IMG/VR virus record: IMGVR_UViG_3300020578_005808
Coordinates: 1 to 64,000 of that record
From: a virus
Taxonomy: Duplodnaviria; Caudoviricetes
Direction: 5' to 3' (one strand)
DNA: 64,000 bases
Part shown: positions 25,137 to 33,172 of the stretch, one piece after another
Layout of the letters: every line of letters begins with the position of its first letter
Numbering within the stretch: position 1 is the first letter of the stretch
Position numbers and translations under genes: made by a program
The notes under the pieces: generated by a model
What the model was told of the DNA's origin: nothing
The model's database searches: none
What the model saw: only the letters and a program-made list of their open reading frames with translations

Positions 25137-26599
25137 TGGCTATTTATTCACTTCAGATTGAGAAGTATGTTTTATCAGGGATAATAAAGCATCAGGATGT
25201 TTTCGGGGACATAGAAAGTTTTATCAATGAGAATGATTTTATTAATGATGTCCATTATACCGTGTTTTGTGTTTATAAGGACTGCTTTAATAAAGGGTCC
25301 TCTATAGATAAAATTCTAATTGCAGAAAAAGCTAAAAATTTAGGAATTACTTTTAAAGATCAATCGATTGATATTTTTAATTATATCAATAGCATTTGCT
25401 TAATACCAACAACTAAGCAAGGGCTAATTGAGGCCGCAAAAGAACTTCTTACTTTAAGAATAAGGAGAGAGCTTGAGGAAACTGGTGAAACTATAAAAAA
25501 ATATGTAAATACCTGTTCCGATAAACCAATTCAAGACATCATATCCAACTGCGATAAGATATATAATGAAAAAATAACTCCATATGCTAAAGAAAATAGC
25601 AAGCCGGAGGATATAGTTTCAAATATAATTGAAATAATTGAAGAAAGAGGAAACAATCCAGAACAGGAAACGGGATTAGTAACCCCATATGCTAATTTCA
25701 ATAGATTATACGGCGGAATCCGACCCGGTAATATTTACGCTTGGGTAAGTCGCCCAAAACATGGAAAGTCTACAATATTAAACGATTTAGCTTTAAAAAT
25801 TACATCTATTAATAAAGGGGTAAAAGCTTTAGTTCTTGATACTGAAATGTCTACTTTAGACATGAAGTTTCGCATAGCTTCTTCTCTCACTGGAATACCC
25901 GTTTGGCATTTAGAAACCGGCAATTGGAAAAAGAATACCTCTTTATATAATAAATTCCAAGATAGCAAAACAAAAATTAAGGAATTACAAAATCAAGTAG
26001 ATCATTTGCAAGTTTCTGGAAAACCTATTCAAGAAGTAGTTTCTATTATTAAGAGATGGTATTTTACTAAGGTTGGACGAGGCAATCCTTGTGTTATAGT
26101 ATATGATTACATTAAATTAACAGGGGAATCTGATAAAACAAAGCAAGAATATCAATTAATTGGTGAAAAAGTTAATGCTTTAAAAGAGCTTTGCTCGGAA
26201 TTAAATATTCCTATTCTAACTGCTTGTCAATTAAACAGAAGCGCTGAAAGTGGTGTGGATGATAGTAGCGCGATTTCTCAATCTGATCGATTACAATGGT
26301 TCGCTTCATTCGTGGGTATTTTTAGAAGAAAAACAGTAGAAGAAATTGCCGACGATGGAGAAGAATTTGGTTCTCATAAATTAATTCCACTCGCAACGAG
26401 ATTTCAAGGAAAAGATTCAGCAGGGCATCACGATCTAGTTAGAGTAAAAGAAGGAAAAAAAATTAAGTATATGCCTAACTACCTCAGCTTTAATATTTCA
26501 AGTTTTAATGTAGAAGAAAAGGGCACTCTTGAAGATATAATATCTGCAAAAGCTTTGCGACCCGACCTAGACGACTCTGGAGATGGTGAATTATTATGA
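25136..26599 (+). CDS. dnaB: Replicative DNA helicase
   Basis: Walker A SRPKHGKST, DTEMS, VYDYIKL, ACQLNR. Confidence 0.95.
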   Translation: MAIYSLQIEKYVLSGIIKHQDVFGDIESFINENDFINDVHYTVFCVYKDCFNKGSSIDKILIAEKAKNLGITFKDQSIDIFNYINSICLIPTTKQGLIEAAKELLTLRIRRELEETGETIKKYVNTCSDKPIQDIISNCDKIYNEKITPYAKENSKPEDIVSNIIEIIEERGNNPEQETGLVTPYANFNRLYGGIRPGNIYAWVSRPKHGKSTILNDLALKITSINKGVKALVLDTEMSTLDMKFRIASSLTGIPVWHLETGNWKKNTSLYNKFQDSKTKIKELQNQVDHLQVSGKPIQEVVSIIKRWYFTKVGRGNPCVIVYDYIKLTGESDKTKQEYQLIGEKVNALKELCSELNIPILTACQLNRSAESGVDDSSAISQSDRLQWFASFVGIFRRKTVEEIADDGEEFGSHKLIPLATRFQGKDSAGHHDLVRVKEGKKIKYMPNYLSFNISSFNVEEKGTLEDIISAKALRPDLDDSGDGELL

Positions 26600-27528
26600 A
26601 TGACTGCGAATCGGTAAGAAAAATCTTACAAGATCTAGGATATATTTTAACAGATAATGGCAGAGAATTTAGAACAAAACCCCTATATAGGGATTCAGAT
26701 AACGATAACGTTTTAAGGATTTGGAAGAATTCTGGTCAATGGGTAGACTTTAAAGAAAACAAGAGCGGATCGCTAGAAGAACTAGTTAAGTTAACCTTAA
26801 AGTTTCAAAGCATTGATGAGGCAAAAAATTGGATTTCATCACAAGGTGTTGTTTATCAAATAGAATCCTCAGGAAAACCAAAAGTAGTAACAAAGCAAGT
26901 TCAGATATTTGACAAATCATTATTGTTAAAACTGACAAAAAATGACGAGTATTGGAACCAAAGAGGCATTTCAAGTTCTACATTAAGTCCTTTTCACGGA
27001 GGGCTAGCGACTACGGGAAAAATGTTTAACAGATATACTTTTCCTGTTTACGACAATAAAGATAACATAATAGGATTTTCAGGAAGAGACGTTTCTGAGA
27101 ACTCTTCAAAAGAACGACCTAAATGGAAACACATCGGAGACAAGAAAGAATGGGTTTACCCGCTTAAAGTAAACTTAAATGATATTAAACTGCAGAAGAA
27201 AATAATTCTTGTTGAGAGTATAGGCGACATGCTAGCTCTTAGAGAAAACAAAATAAACAATACTATTGTTACATTCGGCTTAAACCTATCTGCTAAAATA
27301 ATATACAGCCTAATAGCTATTAATCCATCAAAAATTATTATAGCGTTTAATAATGACTCCGAAAATAATAGCGCTGGAAATGAAGCTGCTGAAACAGCAA
27401 AAGAAAAGCTGTTAAACTATTTTGATCCAAAACAAATAAGCATTAATTTACCAACCGAAGCAAAAGATTTTGGTGATTTAAATCTTCAAGATAATAAACT
27501 AATCTTAAAATGGCTAGCAACAATTTAA
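26596..27528 (+). CDS. dnaG: DNA primase (DnaG/TOPRIM type)
   Basis: FPVYD...IIGFSGR, KWKH, VESIGDMLAL, FNND, KDFGDL. Confidence 0.88.
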   Translation: MNDCESVRKILQDLGYILTDNGREFRTKPLYRDSDNDNVLRIWKNSGQWVDFKENKSGSLEELVKLTLKFQSIDEAKNWISSQGVVYQIESSGKPKVVTKQVQIFDKSLLLKLTKNDEYWNQRGISSSTLSPFHGGLATTGKMFNRYTFPVYDNKDNIIGFSGRDVSENSSKERPKWKHIGDKKEWVYPLKVNLNDIKLQKKIILVESIGDMLALRENKINNTIVTFGLNLSAKIIYSLIAINPSKIIIAFNNDSENNSAGNEAAETAKEKLLNYFDPKQISINLPTEAKDFGDLNLQDNKLILKWLATI

Positions 27529-28472
27529 AAACAAAAGAAAAAGTCAAGCTTAGTGCCAGCAAAATCAAGACGATAGAAGGATGCAGTTGGCTTTTCCATT
27601 CTAAATACAATCTTAAGTATCCTGATATTTCTAACTCTGGAGCTTCTAGGGGTACAATATGTCATTTAATATTTGAGCTTCTTTTAAACGATAGGCATAA
27701 AAAATATTTTACTGACTTATGCTCTGGTAAATCTGGAATTATAAAAAATCCAGCGATTCATCGATTAATCCTTAAAAATGCTAAAAAATTAAAAGTGGAT
27801 GACGAAGAGAATTTGAATCTTATTTACGATATGATTCAAACAGGTCTTCAAAGTGACTTTTTTTGTTCCGGAGCGGTAGCAGTTTTGCCAGAAGAAGAGT
27901 TTTTAATTGAAGAAAATGATTATATAATCAATGGATTTATTGATAAGCTAGCCACCTATAAAGATGGTTCTTATAAAATCTTTGACTACAAAAGCAGTAA
28001 AGGAAAATTCTCTAAAGAGGAAATAGATTTCAACCTTCAAAATCTAATGTATTCTTTAGCTGTATTTAAAAACAAAAAGACCATCCCTGATGTTTCGTTC
28101 ATTTTTCTTAAATTTAAGAAACAACCTATTCAAGAAGCCCCCAAGCCAACTGAAGAACAATTAAATGGTTTTAAAGAATACTTATCTTATGTAGCAGGAT
28201 ATATATCTAACTTCGATGAAAAATCTGCCGTTCAAAACTTAGCTGCTAAATCACCTAAGAAAAAATGGATGTGTGGCAGTGATGTCGAAGGAAAATGGAT
28301 TTGTCCGTCTAGAAAGCCCGGCATATATTATATAGGAGTTGATAAAAACGAAAAATTTATCAGATCTTCTTTCAATAGAAATGAACTTTTAAGCGACAAT
28401 AGAATTGAACTTATAACAAAAATAGAATATAAAGGATGCCCATTTTGGAGAAAAGACGACCCAACTTTCTAG
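27510..28472 (+). CDS. PD-(D/E)XK exonuclease, Cas4/AddB/RecB-like
   Basis: LSASKI..C, RGTICH, GFIDKL, IFDYKSSK, QNLMYSLA, C-terminal cysteines. Confidence 0.85.
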   Translation: MASNNLKTKEKVKLSASKIKTIEGCSWLFHSKYNLKYPDISNSGASRGTICHLIFELLLNDRHKKYFTDLCSGKSGIIKNPAIHRLILKNAKKLKVDDEENLNLIYDMIQTGLQSDFFCSGAVAVLPEEEFLIEENDYIINGFIDKLATYKDGSYKIFDYKSSKGKFSKEEIDFNLQNLMYSLAVFKNKKTIPDVSFIFLKFKKQPIQEAPKPTEEQLNGFKEYLSYVAGYISNFDEKSAVQNLAAKSPKKKWMCGSDVEGKWICPSRKPGIYYIGVDKNEKFIRSSFNRNELLSDNRIELITKIEYKGCPFWRKDDPTF

Positions 28473-28501
28473 TTGACCTAAGAATTTTCCTAGCATACAT
28501 G
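28473..28501 (+). promoter_or_regulatory. sigma70-type promoter (PHP gene)
   Basis: TTGACC begins 33 nt before ATG 28506; -10 box weak. Confidence 0.45.
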
Positions 28502-28505
28502 ACTT

Positions 28506-29267
28506 ATGTTTTCGGCTGTACCGCTTTTTAAATCTCATTATAGTTTAGGCAAATCTATACTAACTCTTGCTAAAGTAAATTCTAGCGATGCTGATGAGCC
28601 TAGCTCTATTATTGATATAGCAAAAAAATTAAATCTAGAAAGTCTTTATTTAGTTGATGATTCTATTTCGGGATTTCTAGAAGCTTATAAATCTTGCGAG
28701 GAAGCAAAATTAAAACTAAGATTCGGACTGAGGATTACGGTTTGTGATGATATAAATAATAAGTCTCAGGAGTCTAAAGATAGAGAGCACAAAGTAATAG
28801 TGTTTGCTAAAAACACTAAGGGATATTATTCTTTAGTAAAGATCTCGACGATAGCCTGCGCCGAAGGATTTTATTACTATCCTAGAATAGACTGCAAACA
28901 ACTAAAATCTTTATGGACTGAAGATTTATTGCTAGCAATTCCATTTTATGACTCATTTATCTATAAAAATAATTTAACTTATAGCATATGCGTTCCTGAT
29001 TTTAGTTTCTGCAAGCCTACTTTCTTCATAGAAGATAATAATTTACCTTTTGATAATTTATTAAAACAGAAAGTTCAAGAGTATGCTGGGGCTGACAGCG
29101 AAATCTTTTCCTCACAATCAATTTATTATGAAAACAAAGAAGATTTTTTAGCATATTTAACTTTTAGATGTATTTCGGAAAGAACTACTTTAAGCAAACC
29201 TAATTTAGAACACTGTTCCTCAAACGAATTTTGCGCGGAATCATTCAAAGACAAATATGGAAAATGA
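28506..29267 (+). CDS. Stand-alone PHP domain of DNA polymerase III alpha (degenerate metal ligands)
   Basis: FKSHYSLGKSIL, LVDDSISGF, LRFGLRI, VFAKNTKGYYSLVKI, YYYPRID. Confidence 0.85.
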   Translation: MFSAVPLFKSHYSLGKSILTLAKVNSSDADEPSSIIDIAKKLNLESLYLVDDSISGFLEAYKSCEEAKLKLRFGLRITVCDDINNKSQESKDREHKVIVFAKNTKGYYSLVKISTIACAEGFYYYPRIDCKQLKSLWTEDLLLAIPFYDSFIYKNNLTYSICVPDFSFCKPTFFIEDNNLPFDNLLKQKVQEYAGADSEIFSSQSIYYENKEDFLAYLTFRCISERTTLSKPNLEHCSSNEFCAESFKDKYGK

Positions 29268-29895
29268 ATTACTAAGGTTTGATAAATCAAAAAAGCTAGT
29301 CTTTATTGATTGCGAGACGCTAAATCTTTGTCTTAATTTCTGCCAAAATCTTCCTTGGCAAATCGCCATGTTAAGCACGGTAGGCGGAAAAAAAATTGAT
29401 GAGCGAGATTTCTTGATTAAATGGGATACTAATCTTAAAATATCAGACGATGCGCGAAGAATTACCAGATATCCCGAACAACTTATCCAAACGACTGGTA
29501 AGAAATTTGATGATATCTTTGATACTGTTAGGGATTGGCTCGACTCTTCTGACTATATTGTCGGTCATAATATTCTTGGTTTCGATTTGTATCTAATAAA
29601 AGAAATGTATTTGCTTAAAGGTTTAAAAGTAAAACATTTGGTTGATAAAATTCTAGATACTAATTGCTTAGCAAAAGGCATTAAATATGGCATTCCAAAA
29701 ATGCCAAAAGAAACAACTCTAGAATACCAGTATAAGTTGTTACATACTTATCGAAAAGGAATTAAAACAAATTTAACTGCATTAGGAAAAGATTATTCAA
29801 TTGATCACGATTACGATAATCTTCATAATGCTATTGTTGATCTAGAATTAAATCTTAAAGTTTGGAATAAAATTAAATTTCAAGTAGAAATATGA
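29257..29895 (+). CDS. DEDDh 3'-5' exonuclease (DnaQ-like proofreading subunit)
   Basis: FIDCET, VGHNILGFD, LHNAIVD. Confidence 0.92.
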   Translation: MENELLRFDKSKKLVFIDCETLNLCLNFCQNLPWQIAMLSTVGGKKIDERDFLIKWDTNLKISDDARRITRYPEQLIQTTGKKFDDIFDTVRDWLDSSDYIVGHNILGFDLYLIKEMYLLKGLKVKHLVDKILDTNCLAKGIKYGIPKMPKETTLEYQYKLLHTYRKGIKTNLTALGKDYSIDHDYDNLHNAIVDLELNLKVWNKIKFQVEI

Positions 29896-32480
29896 AAGAC
29901 TTTGATCTCAATTTTAATACGCTTGAGCTGCCTCTTTATGGAGTGAGATTGCCGGAATTCAACATAGAGAATCGCCTTAAGAATAAATATAATTTACAAG
30001 ATTCTGCCTCCAATTATGATTTTTTGATTCAAGTTTGCCGAGCTAATTTTAAAAAGCTTAATATTTCTAAAGAAGACTACTCTAAATATTCAGAAAGAGT
30101 AAAGTATGAATTGGAAACCATTAAAGAGCTTGGATTTCTTGACTATATTCTTTTGGTGTGGACTGTTATTAATTACTGCAACGAAAACTCTATTCCTGTC
30201 GGTCTTGGGCGTGGTTCTGCTGCTGGTAGCCTTATTTTGTATTTATTGGGAGTTACTAAGGTAGATCCAATTAAATACGAATTGTTCTTCGAGAGATTTA
30301 TATCTAAAATCCGTGCGAAAAAACAAATCGTTGATGGAATAACTTATCTTGATGGGTCTTTAATGTGCGATATTGACGTAGATATCTGCTACTATAATCG
30401 ACATAAAGTAATTAAATTTCTAGAACAACTATTTTCAGGCAGAACTTCTAAGATATTAACGCTAACCACATTAAGCAGCAAGCTCTTAATTAAAGAGTGC
30501 GGCAAAATAATAGAAGAAAAAGCTGAAACAGAAATGAACACTGTTAGCGGTTTAATTCCTAAAGTGTTCGGTCAGGTAAAAGATCTTAAAGAATCATACC
30601 AAGAAGTAAAAGAGCTTCAAGAATGGTGTGATTTAAACCCAAGGGTTTATAAAACAGCTTTAAAGCTAAGAAACTTAATTAAGAATAAGAGCGTTCATGC
30701 ATCTGGGATGATGCTTTCATACTATCCCATTGAACAAAGCTGTCCTACTGAACTTACTAGTGATAAGGAACAGGTCTCTAGTTATGATATGAATTGGGCT
30801 TCCATTTTTAATGTGAAGCTTGATTTGCTTGGTCTTAGAAGCGTTTCAATTGTTGATAGAGTTTGTTCTTTAGTTGGAATAAAAGTTAATGACATAGATT
30901 TTAATGATTCTTTTATATACCAACAGCTTCAAGACCTTAAGACTCCTCACGGCATCTTCCAAATAGAAGCTGATACAAATTTTAAAGTTTGTAAAAAAGT
31001 TAAACCTAAGAATCTTGAAGAATTGAGCGGTGTATTAGCTTTGGCTCGCCCCGGAGCACTTGAGTTCGTAGATCAATATGCAAACTATACCAATAACAAT
31101 CATTATGAACCAATTCATCCGTTCTTTGATTCAGTCTTAAATTCTAGTGGTGGCGTAGCTCTTTATCAAGAGCAGTTGATGAAAATGTCTCATAAGATTG
31201 GATTTACTCTTGATGAAGCAGAAGTATTGCGTAGAATCGTAGGCAAAAAGAAAGTAGAAGAAGTTAAAAAATGGCAAGAGAAAATTTCTGAAAAAATAAA
31301 AGAAAATAACTTAGCCCCAGAGATAGGAGATATTTTATGGCGTATTCTTGAAAACTCAGCAAATTACTCGTTCAACAAATCCCATTCGATGAGCTATGCT
31401 GCTCTTGCAGCTTGCACAATATATTTAAAGTTTAAATATCCAAAAGAATTCTTTTTAGCTCTTTTGGAAATGACTAAGCATGAACCAAATCCTCTAGAAG
31501 AAATATCTAAAATACAAAAAGAACTAAGGCATTTTGGAATTACTCTGCTAGGGCCTCACATTCTTAAATCTGAAACTGATTTTGCAATTCAAGGAAGTGA
31601 TATAAGATTTGGTCTTTCTTCTATCAAAGGAATTTCAGAGAAAACGATGGAAAAGTTAAATCGTTTTAAGTCTGATCATTCAAATAAGTTCGAGGTATTT
31701 GAAGCTGCGAAAGAAGTGGGGTTATCTATTGGAGTCGTTTCTGCTTTAATTCAGGCGGGAGCTTTGGATGGATTTTCTGCGTCGAGAAGCAGAGTTGTTT
31801 TAGAGGCTCAGTTATGGAATCTATTAACCGAAAAAGAAAAGGTTTTATGCAATCAATTCGGCCCAGATCACCAATATGATCTTGTTAAGTTGTTAAAATT
31901 CTTATCTCAAGCGAAGAACGAAAACGGCAAACTCTTAATTAAAGAAAGTCGTTTTCAAACAATTAAAAAGAAATACGAACCTTATCTTCAAATTTACCTT
32001 CAGAATAATAAATCTGAAAGTTTTGCTAATTGGTACTATGAAAATAAACTTCTAGGATATACCTACAACAAATCCTTAAAAGATATATTTTCTCCTAAAA
32101 TAAATAAACTATCCACAACAGCGGAGATAAATAACTTGCCTAATAATGCTAATATTTTTTTAGTAGCAAAAGTATTAGAGGCTTCCCAATGGGTATCTAA
32201 AAATGAAAAGAAAACAAGAACATTTAAAATGCTAGTTAGTGATGAATTTGGCTCTGTTTCGGTATTAATGTTTAATGATAAAATCGATAATAATAAATCA
32301 GCTAACAACGATACTCTACCAGATAAAGAAGATATTGTAATAATAAAAGGAAACAAAAAGGAAGATTGTATTTTTGCCGATACTATTGGTATTCAAACAC
32401 TTAAGATATATACAAAGCTATCCGAGTTGAAAGAAAAAATTCTTGACAATTCTGAAGAAAAAACCAATGATATAACATGA
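29892..32480 (+). CDS. dnaE: DNA polymerase III alpha, catalytic portion lacking PHP
   Basis: GLGRGSAAGSL, FERF, DIDVD, SVHASG, KLDLLGL, GIFQ, LYQEQLM, YSFNKSHSMSY, C-terminal OB fold. Confidence 0.95.
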   Translation: MKDFDLNFNTLELPLYGVRLPEFNIENRLKNKYNLQDSASNYDFLIQVCRANFKKLNISKEDYSKYSERVKYELETIKELGFLDYILLVWTVINYCNENSIPVGLGRGSAAGSLILYLLGVTKVDPIKYELFFERFISKIRAKKQIVDGITYLDGSLMCDIDVDICYYNRHKVIKFLEQLFSGRTSKILTLTTLSSKLLIKECGKIIEEKAETEMNTVSGLIPKVFGQVKDLKESYQEVKELQEWCDLNPRVYKTALKLRNLIKNKSVHASGMMLSYYPIEQSCPTELTSDKEQVSSYDMNWASIFNVKLDLLGLRSVSIVDRVCSLVGIKVNDIDFNDSFIYQQLQDLKTPHGIFQIEADTNFKVCKKVKPKNLEELSGVLALARPGALEFVDQYANYTNNNHYEPIHPFFDSVLNSSGGVALYQEQLMKMSHKIGFTLDEAEVLRRIVGKKKVEEVKKWQEKISEKIKENNLAPEIGDILWRILENSANYSFNKSHSMSYAALAACTIYLKFKYPKEFFLALLEMTKHEPNPLEEISKIQKELRHFGITLLGPHILKSETDFAIQGSDIRFGLSSIKGISEKTMEKLNRFKSDHSNKFEVFEAAKEVGLSIGVVSALIQAGALDGFSASRSRVVLEAQLWNLLTEKEKVLCNQFGPDHQYDLVKLLKFLSQAKNENGKLLIKESRFQTIKKKYEPYLQIYLQNNKSESFANWYYENKLLGYTYNKSLKDIFSPKINKLSTTAEINNLPNNANIFLVAKVLEASQWVSKNEKKTRTFKMLVSDEFGSVSVLMFNDKIDNNKSANNDTLPDKEDIVIIKGNKKEDCIFADTIGIQTLKIYTKLSELKEKILDNSEEKTNDIT
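32443..32471 (+). promoter_or_regulatory. sigma70-type promoter, leaderless (32477 ORF), inside dnaE 3' end
   Basis: TTGACA-17nt-AATGAT, ATG 5 nt later. Confidence 0.6.
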
Positions 32481-33052
32481 TTCAATTCTATAAGCCGAAT
32501 TCAAAAAATACTGGTAGCGGTTGTTCGTTTAATTTTTCAGCTAAAGATGAGTGTGTATTTGTTAACTTAATTAAACAGTCTAGTTGGGACGAGTCTAAGA
32601 AGCGAGGCTCTTTCGCTGGTAACTCTCAAAATCCCAAGATGTCGTGTTCAGTTAAGCTAAGCACAACTGAAGCTGGAGATATTATTTCCGCGATCAGAAG
32701 GAATTCTGAGTTTACTGGCTTTCACGATTCCCCTAAGCAAGTTACAAGAATTAAATTCTCTCCTTACAACAGGCCCAATAAGGATAACCCACAGCAGACT
32801 GTTCAAGTAGGATTTTCTCTTTCTATTTCTAAGGAAAGTAAGGAAAATGCCCAAGATAAGACCTCGTTTTTAATGGGCTTCACTTTCGGCGAAGCTGTTA
32901 AACTCGAAGCTTATTTAAGCATGGTCTTAATTAAGACTTTTGAAAATGCGATTAAGAATCAAGAGTCTAAGGCTCCAGCTTCTTCTCAAAATGCGCCTAA
33001 AAAGGAAGACGCTCCTCCAAAGACCGAGTCTGCCGAAGACGATCTCTGGTGA
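32477..33052 (+). CDS. Putative ssDNA-binding protein (Whirly/PC4-like fold)
   Basis: Internally repeated beta-beta-beta-alpha pattern, VKLSTTEAGDI, acidic aromatic tail ESAEDDLW, directly after dnaE. Confidence 0.5.
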   Translation: MIQFYKPNSKNTGSGCSFNFSAKDECVFVNLIKQSSWDESKKRGSFAGNSQNPKMSCSVKLSTTEAGDIISAIRRNSEFTGFHDSPKQVTRIKFSPYNRPNKDNPQQTVQVGFSLSISKESKENAQDKTSFLMGFTFGEAVKLEAYLSMVLIKTFENAIKNQESKAPASSQNAPKKEDAPPKTESAEDDLW

Positions 33053-33070
33053 GTTAGATTTTTTTAAAAT

Positions 33071-33100
33071 AAAGCCTGCGAGAAATCGCGGGCTTTTTTT
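33071..33100 (+). terminator. Rho-independent terminator ending the replication operon
   Basis: Stem AAAGCCTGCGA/TCGCGGGCTTT, GAAA loop, 7-T tract. Confidence 0.9.
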
Positions 33101-33172
33101 GTGTATATAGATTCTATTTAATATTGAAAATATCTCTATTTTAACAAATAATAACACTACATAGGCAATCTA

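Noticed and set aside
29892-32480. Intein or intron in dnaE or nrdJ
   Set aside because: No Cys/Ser...His-Asn splice motifs or large insertions; lengths fit uninterrupted proteins
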